Shown piece after piece: positions 28,153 to 36,836 of a stretch of DNA of 40,324 nt. Origin of the DNA: a virus (lineage: Duplodnaviria; Caudoviricetes). The stretch's first letter is position 1; each line of letters opens with the position of its first letter. Below the pieces are notes generated by a model. It was not told the origin of the DNA, did not search any database, and was given only the letters and a program-made list of their open reading frames with translations. Location of the stretch: positions 1-40,324 of IMG/VR virus record IMGVR_UViG_3300021142_000076; one strand, given 5' to 3'. The translations under genes and the position numbers were made by a program.

Positions 28153-28514
28153 GATGCACCTCCCAGCGTAGAACTGCCACCCAGAGGATTGCTCACCGTG
28201 GCGTTGAATCCAAAGCGCTTGAGCATCTGGCGCTTTTGATTCGCTGCGGCTGTCACCGTGTCAGGATTGGCTGTCTGTGGTGGGCTGGCTGGCTGCAAAG
28301 GATCTTGAGTCGGAGCATTTGCCGCCATGCGCTGCTGCTGTCGCAGGTTCGCCATGTTAGTGGCAGCGATCTGCGCAGACTGTTGCATGCTGGCTTGAGC
28401 CATGGCAGATGCCCCGCCATCTCCGCCCTTACACCATCGGACCATGCGCCCACGTGAATCGAAGCAGTCAGGGCAAGGCCCATCGGGAAAGGGGGAAGCG
28501 TCGAAGTGTTTCAT
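28149..28514 (-). CDS. Small virion protein upstream of portal
   Basis: CKGG..GG start, Q/P/A-rich middle, C-terminal G...T.......STLGG typical of this locus. Confidence 0.7.
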   Translation of the reverse strand: MKHFDASPFPDGPCPDCFDSRGRMVRWCKGGDGGASAMAQASMQQSAQIAATNMANLRQQQRMAANAPTQDPLQPASPPQTANPDTVTAAANQKRQMLKRFGFNATVSNPLGGSSTLGGAS

Positions 28515-28530
28515 TCGACCCCGACAGGGT

Positions 28531-28552
28531 GAATCAACTCAGCGCGTTGCAA
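28531..28552 (-). promoter_or_regulatory. Late promoter motif TTGCAA-N10-TGATTC
   Basis: Overlaps the end of the upstream gene; lies 16 nt before ATG 28514. Confidence 0.7.
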
Positions 28553-28880
28553 GTGAAATCAGCTTGTCCACCTTCCGCACAATCACCCGGTTGTTGCGCT
28601 CGTAGCCAAGCCAGGGAAGCTCGCAGGGCAGCCAGCGAGTTGTCAGCGCCATGTCACCGGCGAGCAGCCAAACAAACCAGCAATCGCCCTCAGGATCGGT
28701 TTCCCAAGGCTGCTGCAGTCGCTCATCAGGCCAGTCATGCCGCACCCGCCGGACCATCGCGAAGGCCTCCAGAGTGCTGACTACGTAGCCGTGTTGGAAG
28801 TGCAGCAGCAAATCAGCCTCGAAGGCGCGGGCGCAAGGCTCGCGGTCATAGACAGCTGCAGCTTGCTCGAAAGGACTCAT
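28539..28880 (-). CDS. Hypothetical protein, possibly a degenerate GNAT fold
   Basis: Coupled to TerL; DCWFVWLLAGD motif. Confidence 0.65.
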   Translation of the reverse strand: MSPFEQAAAVYDREPCARAFEADLLLHFQHGYVVSTLEAFAMVRRVRHDWPDERLQQPWETDPEGDCWFVWLLAGDMALTTRWLPCELPWLGYERNNRVIVRKVDKLISLATR

Positions 28881-30247
28881 CCGCGCATCCCCATTTGTGG
28901 CCGTGGAACTGGACTGCCGAGCGAGCCGCCGCCCAGGCCGTGCATACCCATCACGGGCCGAATCACCACCTTCGGAGCTTCCGTCGAGGTGAAAGCTTTA
29001 TCCACCAGTCCCATGGCGTCAGCTTCGGCCATGGTGCGGATGCCATCGGCTATGTGGCTCGCCCATGTGTGTAGAGGCACGTTCCGCACGATGCCGCTTG
29101 ATGTGTCAGACGCGGATTCGTAGGCCTTCATGCCTTTGACTCCCATCTCACACGCAGGAAGCCTGAACTCGAAGCTCGGGAACTGCGTGCGCACGTAGTC
29201 TATACCCTGCCACACGTCTTGGATCGGAGGCACAACGACGATGTTCTTGAACCCCACGTTGAGCGCATCCTGCTCAAAGGTGAAGCCCGTCCGGCTGGTC
29301 TGGCGTGCATCGTGTGGCAGGTAGTGCTTGCCATAGCTGTAGCCTTTGGCCTGCATGTGGGCGAATCGCTCGGGCAAGGTCAAATCAAGGCCGTAGTCGC
29401 AGTCGATCCAGCGGAACCGGCCAAAGGGCAGCCGCTGGCCATACCAGACCACCGTGTTGCGTGGCCCTCCCAAATCCCAGAAGGTATGCACAGGTGACCG
29501 GCCATCGACGGGAAACTCACCGATGCGCAGCTCCTTCAACGCGTCATTCATCCAGCGGCCATAGATGGCGTTTTCGTTGGCAATGCTGAAGTCGCAGAAA
29601 AATTCCTGACGAATCATGGCCTCAGACATGCCCGACCGTCGCTCAGCCTCAATGTCAGACGCAGCAATGGCGTGCGTGTCATCGACACCCAGCACTTGCG
29701 TAAACCATGCCTCATTCGTGCGGTTCACCTTGAGCATGTCGTAGAAATGATTCTCTCCGCGCGGGGTCCCGTTGAACCACGCGAATCCGCCGTTCTCCGC
29801 GAGGATGGGACGCGTGTAGTCCCAGGCCAACGGGTTCTGATTCTGATACTCGCTGAACACCGTGCCGAAGTAGTTTCCCCCGACCACGTCCAGGTTGTCA
29901 GTGCCAAGAATTTGAATCGTTGAATCGTTCACCAGTTCAACCCGCATGTCTGTCTGATTGGGTGGACGCTTCAGCAGATTCTTTGGCACGTGGTCAATGA
30001 CCTTCATCCCGTTCGTCACATCCACATTCAACCAGAGAGCCTTCTTTCCGAGGGCTGCTGTGGGGAAATAATAAGCATAGTTCGCAGGCGTCTCAGCCGC
30101 CCGGCAAATGAGCTTGTTGAAGCAGAGCTTGTCCTTCCCGCCTCGCCGATGCCACACGAGCAAGGCGCGCTTCTTTTCGTCCATGGCACGCCAAGCCTTG
30201 AGCTGGTAGCTCCGAGGGTCATAGCGATGGGGTAGCTCTACGATCAC
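28877..30247 (-). CDS. terL: Terminase large subunit
   Basis: PRSYQ, WHRRGGKD Walker A, VFSEY Walker B, NGTPRGENHF, FWDLG, LPHDA, SHIADG. Confidence 0.96.
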   Translation of the reverse strand: MIVELPHRYDPRSYQLKAWRAMDEKKRALLVWHRRGGKDKLCFNKLICRAAETPANYAYYFPTAALGKKALWLNVDVTNGMKVIDHVPKNLLKRPPNQTDMRVELVNDSTIQILGTDNLDVVGGNYFGTVFSEYQNQNPLAWDYTRPILAENGGFAWFNGTPRGENHFYDMLKVNRTNEAWFTQVLGVDDTHAIAASDIEAERRSGMSEAMIRQEFFCDFSIANENAIYGRWMNDALKELRIGEFPVDGRSPVHTFWDLGGPRNTVVWYGQRLPFGRFRWIDCDYGLDLTLPERFAHMQAKGYSYGKHYLPHDARQTSRTGFTFEQDALNVGFKNIVVVPPIQDVWQGIDYVRTQFPSFEFRLPACEMGVKGMKAYESASDTSSGIVRNVPLHTWASHIADGIRTMAEADAMGLVDKAFTSTEAPKVVIRPVMGMHGLGGGSLGSPVPRPQMGMRG

Positions 30248-30678
30248 AGCTTCCGAATGATGATTTCAAAGCCTTTGCTGTCGTTCTCCGGGGCAAGCTC
30301 ACGGTCAAGTTTGATGGCCTCCAGCTTGGATGGCATCTTGATTCGTTCACTGCGAGATGCCTCGCCTTCCGTGATTCCCCACTCTTGGCACAAGTCGCTA
30401 TCCTTCGTGATTTCACCGAGGGGGGTTCGCACAACACGCGCGAGAAATTGACGACTCTCCAAAATCGTGAGCACGGTTTTATCCTCGCCCAGTTTATCAG
30501 CCAAGAGCCGCAGCTCTTCGATGCGAGCCTTGATGGCTGGCTTTGCTACCCATTTGCTGCCCTGGACGTTTGGCTTGTTGCCTTTGCCACCCGCTGTTCT
30601 CCAGGCCTTCGACGCATTGCGCCCGACCGCGTAGGCCTGTGCAAATGCTTCGTGCTTTGGATTCTTCAGGGCTGGCAT
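30244..30678 (-). CDS. terS: Terminase small subunit
   Basis: LKNPKHEAFAQ...NASKAW...IKARIEEL; directly upstream of TerL. Confidence 0.9.
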   Translation of the reverse strand: MPALKNPKHEAFAQAYAVGRNASKAWRTAGGKGNKPNVQGSKWVAKPAIKARIEELRLLADKLGEDKTVLTILESRQFLARVVRTPLGEITKDSDLCQEWGITEGEASRSERIKMPSKLEAIKLDRELAPENDSKGFEIIIRKL

Positions 30679-30691
30679 GTCTCACGAAGGG

Positions 30692-30713
30692 GAATCACCG
30701 CTGCTGAAGTCAA
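30692..30713 (-). promoter_or_regulatory. Late promoter motif TTGACT-N10-TGATTC
   Basis: 13 nt upstream of the terS ATG. Confidence 0.7.
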
Positions 30714-31039
30714 GTCGCGTGAGACATGCACTGGCGGCATTGACGCAGGCCCGTGTGAGGCATCCACTGCATGCCTGGAATCAGTTTAGCCCCCGTGGGA
30801 GAGCCATGGCAGGCAGGCAGGCCGTTGGTCACGTAGTGAGCGCAATCGTGGTGAAGCGACTGCATCCACTGGCCTTTTGGTTTCACTTCTGGTTTCACTT
30901 CTTTCAATCCTTTTTGAAACCATCCGTAACGTCTAGCCCACGTTTTCAACGTGTTACGATTGATTCCAGTTTTAGCGGATGAAACCGAAAATGAACCCGT
31001 TTTAATGTATTCACGCTTAGCTTTGGCTATAGCGGTCAT
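30710..31039 (-). CDS. HTH protein with C-terminal Cys/His cluster
   Basis: GSFSVSSAKTGINRNTLKTWARR HTH; H...C...CRQC. Confidence 0.65.
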   Translation of the reverse strand: MTAIAKAKREYIKTGSFSVSSAKTGINRNTLKTWARRYGWFQKGLKEVKPEVKPKGQWMQSLHHDCAHYVTNGLPACHGSPTGAKLIPGMQWMPHTGLRQCRQCMSHAT

Positions 31040-31227
31040 ACCGATGACCTCCATGCCTCGCTTTCGAGGGATTTAAATTCTTTGATGGGTTTGAATTTCT
31101 TTACGCTTAAAGCAGGCTTTTCAATGAGCCTACGAAGGGAAGACCGAGGCATTCCCAGCTTGATAGCTGCGCCAGAAATGGAGCCTGTTTTTTTGATGTA
31201 ACGATGCGCCTTGGCAATGATGTTCAT
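31036..31227 (-). CDS. Small HTH protein (Fis-like)
   Basis: GSISGAAIKLGMPRSSLRRLI. Confidence 0.65.
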   Translation of the reverse strand: MNIIAKAHRYIKKTGSISGAAIKLGMPRSSLRRLIEKPALSVKKFKPIKEFKSLESEAWRSSV

Positions 31228-31275
31228 GGTTCGTGATGGTGGTGACATGGTGAACCTGCCTTTACGGTTTGTGCT

Positions 31276-31383
31276 CCTCAGTGGCCCATGGTGAGGCGTT
31301 GTAGAGCTCTCCGTCTCCCTCAGTGGCCTCGGCGGGCGTTGTGGGAGTCCTTGCCCTCAGTGGCCCATGGTGAGGCGTTGTAG
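31276..31383. repeat. Three 27-29-bp repeats CCTCAGTGGCCCATGGTGAGGCGTTGTAG
   Basis: Identical copies at 31276-31304 and 31355-31383; diverged copy from 31318. Confidence 0.9.
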
Positions 31384-31461
31384 GCGAGGAAGTGTGCAGG
31401 ATCATGGGGTGGATGGTGGGAAAGTCAAATCGTGGTCAAAGGCAAAAAGCCAAATAGGCTC

Positions 31462-31665
31462 GGTCTAATAATTTAATGAATTAGACCTATTTTTATTTAT
31501 AAAAATACGCGCGCGCGTTGGGACAGAGCGGGGACATTCCCCCCAGACTATGGGGACATTCCCCCGCGATGTGGGGACAGAGAAAATGTGACCGGGGACA
31601 GAGCGGGGACAGAGAATACTCTCCTAGTGAGGATGATGGGGACAGAGCGGGGACAGAGCGGGGAT
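31462..31665. other. Putative replication origin: AT-rich unwinding element plus GGGGACA iterons
   Basis: AT-rich palindromic tract at 31462-31507, followed by eight GGGACA copies directly downstream of the primase-helicase gene. Confidence 0.75.
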
Positions 31666-31672
31666 TTCATGG

Positions 31673-33661
31673 TTAAAATGGGGCTGTGTCGTCGGTATCA
31701 TCTGGCACGCTGGCACCGATCCACAGGCCATCTCCCAGGCTGCGAACAAAATTGTATTCCGCACCTCGAAGAGACTCGAATGCGTTTCTAGCCTCCTTCA
31801 GTTCCAGTTTAAATGCGGACGCACACCAGGCCGTGACATCGCACTGTGACACGTCGTCGCGGTGACGCTTGAGCTTGGGCATAGTGGCAAGTATGGCCCC
31901 GTATTTGTCAGCGTAGGAGCCGGGGCGGTGTGCTTTGACCACATACGTCGTCTTCGGGCTGGCCTCGTAGTGGTCGCCCTTCCACCAGACTTTGAACTCT
32001 GTCACCGGCGGGAACCAGCGGAGATCCATGCCCACGGTGGCCTGCCAGTCCGGCTTGGCCTGTTTGTCGCTCTTTGGCTCGTCGGGCGGAGTCAAGGTCA
32101 CAATGGCGTCAGGGAAGCGGGAAAGCGCGCCAGAACCGCTCGCGCGGTCCATGGATGCCTTGCCGGTCTGGCTACCCTTGCTGAAGTGGTGAACAAAGGC
32201 GATGGCACAACCGACCTCCCGGCAAAGCTCGTCCAGTTCTTCCAGGGCTTGGGTGACTTCTTCAGCCTCTTTCTCTTTGGCACCGCGTAGGAGTAGGTAG
32301 AGAGGCTCCAGAATGGCCAGAACGGGCGGCACAGGCATAGCCCGCATGGCACGCGTCACGCCCTGCACGATGTCGGGGAGGCTCTTTCCCTTGAGCTTCC
32401 ACCGCAGGGGACAAATGACAAAGCGGCTATTGATGGCGGGCGACAGCTTCACCCCACGCGCCGCTGCCACCTTGGGCAATCGCTCACGGATCAATGCCGC
32501 CTGATTCTCGGCATCAAGGTAAAACACCGGGCCTGGATTGGTTTCGAGGCCCAGCCAGGGTATGCCAGCCTGAACCGAAAAGGCCAGATCAATGAGAAGG
32601 TAACTCTTGCGCATTTTAGGGCCCGAGGAAATCTGCATCACACAGCCGCGGCGAAGAACACCCTTAATCACCTCGGGCGGCGGTTCGGGCCCGCGCTCGA
32701 CAAGATCGAAGACACCAAAGGATTCCGGCACCCATTCGTTGCGCTGCTCCCACTCCGCCCAGGTCTTGGGACCGAGGCCCACAGCCAGCACCTTCTGTTC
32801 CTTGTCACCCCGCATGGCACCCGGGCAGCGGGAAACGCGGGCCAAATCCTTGTTCTTCGGGTCGCACTGGAACTGCTCAAAGAGGAAATCACGCCGCGCC
32901 TTCCATTCCTCCGCGTCCTTGGCATCCACGCGCACCCAAGCATGCACCGACTTACCGCCACTGGTGAGCATCACAGACACCGGCAGCCCGCTGGCCTCGA
33001 TCTTGGACGCCTGTTCAGCCAGAGACATGCCTTTATCGTCCCACTCCACCAGCACATGACGGAAGGCTGCCACGTTGTCATTGCTGCGCACCTGCGCCCC
33101 TCCCTTGACCGGGTTGATGCCGATGAACGCTCCGCCGGCCGTGCCGCTGAACAGCTTGTCAATGCTACCCATCTTGGCCAGCCACGCACCCCACTGCTCC
33201 AACGTCTTGATCGTGGCAACGGATGGCTTCCACTCGCCCGCGTCATTCTCCCGGCTCTCCACGATGGCGATGGACTCCCCCGGCAGGAAGGCGGCCCGCA
33301 GCGCCCGCATGGTGTCGGATTCCTGCTTTTTTGAGGCTGTGGCACCATTTTTCGAGCCAGCGGCCAGGGTAATTGGCTCCGTTACCGCCGTGCTTTTGAA
33401 CGCCGATTTGATGGCTTGGCGCGCCTCCCCATCGCTCGTGCCGTCTGCAATGGCACGGCGCACGATGTAGGCCTCCGCTTCGACCTGCGAATACCCGCAG
33501 GCCATGAACTGCTGAGCAGCCTTGAAAATAGTATCATTACGCGTGCCCTCAGGGGCTCCGCGCTCGATGTAGTCGCGCACAAAGGGCGGCAGCGGCCGCG
33601 CAGCGTCCGGCCATGCCTCGACGAGTGGTTTAGGGCTGGATGCCTGAAATTGGATGGCCAT
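31673..33661 (-). CDS. Primase-helicase (PriCT-like, RepB/AEP-like primase and RecA-family AAA_25 helicase)
   Basis: EGTRNDTIF; LVEWD...SGGKSVHAW...D..RVSRCPG; FYLDAE, FVHHFSKG, RASGSGA. Confidence 0.85.
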   Translation of the reverse strand: MAIQFQASSPKPLVEAWPDAARPLPPFVRDYIERGAPEGTRNDTIFKAAQQFMACGYSQVEAEAYIVRRAIADGTSDGEARQAIKSAFKSTAVTEPITLAAGSKNGATASKKQESDTMRALRAAFLPGESIAIVESRENDAGEWKPSVATIKTLEQWGAWLAKMGSIDKLFSGTAGGAFIGINPVKGGAQVRSNDNVAAFRHVLVEWDDKGMSLAEQASKIEASGLPVSVMLTSGGKSVHAWVRVDAKDAEEWKARRDFLFEQFQCDPKNKDLARVSRCPGAMRGDKEQKVLAVGLGPKTWAEWEQRNEWVPESFGVFDLVERGPEPPPEVIKGVLRRGCVMQISSGPKMRKSYLLIDLAFSVQAGIPWLGLETNPGPVFYLDAENQAALIRERLPKVAAARGVKLSPAINSRFVICPLRWKLKGKSLPDIVQGVTRAMRAMPVPPVLAILEPLYLLLRGAKEKEAEEVTQALEELDELCREVGCAIAFVHHFSKGSQTGKASMDRASGSGALSRFPDAIVTLTPPDEPKSDKQAKPDWQATVGMDLRWFPPVTEFKVWWKGDHYEASPKTTYVVKAHRPGSYADKYGAILATMPKLKRHRDDVSQCDVTAWCASAFKLELKEARNAFESLRGAEYNFVRSLGDGLWIGASVPDDTDDTAPF

Positions 33662-33974
33662 CGGTAGGATTCTCTGGGAGCAAAGGTTGACCGAACATCA
33701 CGCGAAAGCGGTTGCCGGGATGAAGCTTGTCTATGGGTGTTCCTGGAGGTGGGATGAAATCAGGCGCAGGAGTTGGAAGCTCGCCATGCCAGATGAGGAA
33801 GTCAGCCCCGATGGCTCTGGATTGAAGGCCATGCTTTTCCATCCACGCCTCGAACTCGTGAAACTCACGAATGCCGCAGGATCTGAACTGCTTGATGTTG
33901 ATCCTCATACGCTGGCCCGGATGAGACAGAAGCCATGCGGCGACGCTCTGCGGAAGGTTGGCGTAGGTGATCAT
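33630..33974 (-). CDS. Hypothetical protein
   Basis: Fills the gap between helicase and primase in operon orientation. Confidence 0.6.
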   Translation of the reverse strand: MITYANLPQSVAAWLLSHPGQRMRINIKQFRSCGIREFHEFEAWMEKHGLQSRAIGADFLIWHGELPTPAPDFIPPPGTPIDKLHPGNRFRVMFGQPLLPENPTDGHPISGIQP

Positions 33975-35546
33975 TCACCGCGTCCCCTTTCTGGCACTAA
34001 GCTCAATATCGAGCCATTCCTTAGCCTGCTCAAATGTCACCATGCCAGCGCCTGGGTGGCCGAATCGTTCCATGAGACGCACCTGTTTTGGCGTTGCCAT
34101 GCCCTCCATGCGTCGCACCGTGAGCCGGTCCATAATCGCCGCAGCGTGCCCCCGGCAGGTAATCGAGTTCGGGTCGAATCCTAGTTTTTCGAGCGTGGCT
34201 AGCTGCTTGTCAGTCGCTGGAAGCATCTCCTTGTCGCTCATGGGCTCATACTGCATCAAGTCACCAGCCCCGATGGACATGCACATTTCGATGGCATCAT
34301 GTGTGCCCGGTGGCCGCTTCTTATTCTTCGCTAGCGCCTCCTTGACCTTGCGGAAGCGCTGGGATTCGACTTCATCGCAGCAGGCCATAACATCCATCTC
34401 ACCCCCGCCCGCCTGTTCCACGGCCTGAAAGATGCGCTCTTCGACATCCTTCACCGTCTCGGCATTCGTGGTAAACAGGTTGGCCGCTGATACGAGCGAG
34501 AGTTTTTCGGACTGCCACAGGAAATCGAGCAGCAGGCAGTTTGATTTGCCTTTAGCCAGCCGCGTCCCTCGCCCGACCATCTGCGCATAAAGAGCGCGCA
34601 CCTTCGTTGGCCGCAGGTTTACAATGCAGTCAACGTCTGGCTGGTCGAATCCCTCAGTCAGCAGCATGGAATTGCACAGCGCCGAACCCGGCCCCGATTT
34701 CTTGAACCACTCCAAAGTCTCGGCGCGGTTGTCGTCGTAACCAGACACCGAGCGCGCCTCGATGCCATGCCGATTCAGAATGGCCGTCATGCGCTCCGCC
34801 GTCTTAACCAGCGGCAGGAAGATAATGCTTTTCCGGTCCCAGCATTCGTGTCCCATTTCCAGGGCCACACGCTCAAGCCATGGCTCAATCTCGCGTGCCA
34901 GATCATCAGCGGCATAATCACCCGCAACAGTCTTGACGCTGTTCAGGTCAATTTTAACCGGCAGCATCTTCACCACGATGGGCGAAAGAAAGCCGTCCTT
35001 AATGAGCCGGTTCAATGTGACCTCGTAGGCGACGCGTTCAAAATACTTCCCGAGGTTCTTTTTGTCGCCCCGGTCTGGCGTAGCTGTCACTCCCAACACC
35101 TTGGCATGGCTGTCAAAGTGAGAGAGCACGTTTAGATAGCTCTCAGCGAGGCAATGATGCGCCTCATCCACCACGACCAGGTCAAAGTGATCTTTGGCCC
35201 AGCGGTCTGCACGGCGCGCGAGTGTCTGCACACTGGCCACCACCACGGGCGCGTCGTAGCTGGCGCGGCGTTCTGCCTTCTCGACTTCGGCCCATAGGCC
35301 CGTTGCCGCCTGGATTTTCTCCACAGCCTGCGTCAGCAGCTCTTCCCGGTGCGCAAGGATCAAAGTCCGGCCCGGCTGATAGTGCTGTGCCAGATGCGCA
35401 AACAGAATGGTTTTGCCGCCGCCGGTGGGAATGACGACGAGCTGCTTCGATGCTTCCTCAAAGCCAACGATGGTCTGGTCTTTGGCCTCAAGCTGATACT
35501 GACGCAGCGGCATGGACTGCATAGGCGATGGCGCGAAAAGAGTCAT
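33975..35546 (-). CDS. SF2 DEAH-box helicase
   Basis: LRQYQ, PTGGGKT, DEAHH, TATPDRGD, TEGFD, QMVGRG. Confidence 0.95.
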   Translation of the reverse strand: MTLFAPSPMQSMPLRQYQLEAKDQTIVGFEEASKQLVVIPTGGGKTILFAHLAQHYQPGRTLILAHREELLTQAVEKIQAATGLWAEVEKAERRASYDAPVVVASVQTLARRADRWAKDHFDLVVVDEAHHCLAESYLNVLSHFDSHAKVLGVTATPDRGDKKNLGKYFERVAYEVTLNRLIKDGFLSPIVVKMLPVKIDLNSVKTVAGDYAADDLAREIEPWLERVALEMGHECWDRKSIIFLPLVKTAERMTAILNRHGIEARSVSGYDDNRAETLEWFKKSGPGSALCNSMLLTEGFDQPDVDCIVNLRPTKVRALYAQMVGRGTRLAKGKSNCLLLDFLWQSEKLSLVSAANLFTTNAETVKDVEERIFQAVEQAGGGEMDVMACCDEVESQRFRKVKEALAKNKKRPPGTHDAIEMCMSIGAGDLMQYEPMSDKEMLPATDKQLATLEKLGFDPNSITCRGHAAAIMDRLTVRRMEGMATPKQVRLMERFGHPGAGMVTFEQAKEWLDIELSARKGTR

Positions 35547-35550
35547 TCAG

Positions 35551-35931
35551 TTAATACCCCCCCCCCAATTCCTTGGCTTTGTTCCTGATCCAATCACGTT
35601 CGCCACCGACTTTGATTGACCAATAATTACGAACGTAACTTTGGAGAATTTGATTGGCAGTCTCCATGTCGGAGAGCCACACAATCACAGACGGCAGGTC
35701 AGCGGGTGCCAGCTCAGCCATAGCTTTGACGACCGGCATCTTTTCACGCAGGGGCAGGATAAGCACCGAGCACCATCCAGGTAGCTGGCGAATTGCTCGC
35801 CAGCGCGGAGTCGTGCCGCTCCAATGGTCTGCCGCTGGCATCAGCTTCTTGACGAGTTCAGGGTGATAGCCCGACTGCTCAACAAGGCTTGGAATAGTGA
35901 TGGGAAATTCATCCCTGATCTTAGTTTTCAT
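35551..35931 (-). CDS. Hypothetical protein
   Basis: ATGA-coupled to the resolvase gene. Confidence 0.65.
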   Translation of the reverse strand: MKTKIRDEFPITIPSLVEQSGYHPELVKKLMPAADHWSGTTPRWRAIRQLPGWCSVLILPLREKMPVVKAMAELAPADLPSVIVWLSDMETANQILQSYVRNYWSIKVGGERDWIRNKAKELGGGY

Positions 35932-36425
35932 AGCTTCTCCCTCCGCGCGTATTCAGCAATCAATGCCGCGTCGATCATGCCTTCGTCAGGTTTCTTGCAA
36001 CGCTCCGTTGGTAGCCAGGTTTCCCCAGGCCACAGGGAGCGAACGAGCGTCAGAGCCGCTGGCTTTGTCTGGCCAGTCTCACAGTTGAGCATGGCCTTTT
36101 GCCACTTCTGAGGAGTGACACGAATGTAGCGCACACCCTTCAACTCACACATGGTGCGCAGGGCCGCGAAGGATGCCGCCATGGACGCAGCGGCGCACGC
36201 TGACTTGCTGCCGCCCGGTTCCTCGATGATGACAGTGACAACGCCGAGAGTCGGCACGGTGCGGAGAATCCACGACCATACCTGCTGGATGTCGATTTCA
36301 TTACCCTTCCGCGTCTTCTGAATGATCATGGGTGACATGCCAATGATGCCAGCGCCAGGTGTCGCAGAGAGAGCGGCCAGTCCACCAGAGATGCCATTGT
36401 CGATGCCGAGGTAGATCTCAGTCAT
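35928..36425 (-). CDS. RuvC-like Holliday junction resolvase
   Basis: LGIDNGISGGLA, IIEE, VTPQKWQK, DEGMIDAALIAEY. Confidence 0.88.
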   Translation of the reverse strand: MTEIYLGIDNGISGGLAALSATPGAGIIGMSPMIIQKTRKGNEIDIQQVWSWILRTVPTLGVVTVIIEEPGGSKSACAAASMAASFAALRTMCELKGVRYIRVTPQKWQKAMLNCETGQTKPAALTLVRSLWPGETWLPTERCKKPDEGMIDAALIAEYARREKL

Positions 36426-36745
36426 GACGCCTTTCCTTTCTGCAATTCGGCCATTTCACGCTCAAGTCGGGCAATGGTCTTGTTGGCATTGCTTAGATCG
36501 TCTTCGGCAGAAGCAAGACTGTCTTCGAGAGAAGAGATTTCACTGTCCTTTGATTCGCAATCCGAGCAGGATGGAATTTCTTGCCGTCCAAAGACACCAT
36601 CATTCACCATGCGGCTGAGCGCATCAGGATCGGCAAAGACATACCACTCAAAGCCGACGCGCTGAGCGCCAGCAATCGGTGGCTTGCTGCTCTTGGGATA
36701 GTCCCTGCTGTCGAGCAGGATAAAGTAATCTTTGGGAAGGCTCAT
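36422..36745 (-). CDS. Hypothetical protein with CxxC and coiled coil
   Basis: ATG 36745; CSDC followed by a coiled coil. Confidence 0.65.
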   Translation of the reverse strand: MSLPKDYFILLDSRDYPKSSKPPIAGAQRVGFEWYVFADPDALSRMVNDGVFGRQEIPSCSDCESKDSEISSLEDSLASAEDDLSNANKTIARLEREMAELQKGKAS

Positions 36746-36758
36746 AAGCATGATGGTC

Positions 36759-36819
36759 CACACGCCGCCGAATGTTCGGTTGGCTTGCCATTACGCGGAG
36801 CTTGCTCCGGCGGCGTGTG
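36759..36819 (-). other. Intergenic four-way-junction (cloverleaf) structured element
   Basis: CACACGCCG/CGGCGTGTG stem enclosing three perfect mini-hairpins. Confidence 0.65.
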
Positions 36820-36836
36820 AAGATGGGTTGAGGTGG

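Noticed and set aside
31276-31383. Mini CRISPR array
   Set aside because: Spacers are only about 10-13 nt, the middle repeat is diverged, and there is no cas operon. Kept only as a repeat/RNA candidate.
35557-35566. G10 tract as a phase-variable fusion to the helicase
   Set aside because: Both shifted frames stop within a few codons, including a TGA immediately before the helicase ATG, so slippage changes only the last residues.
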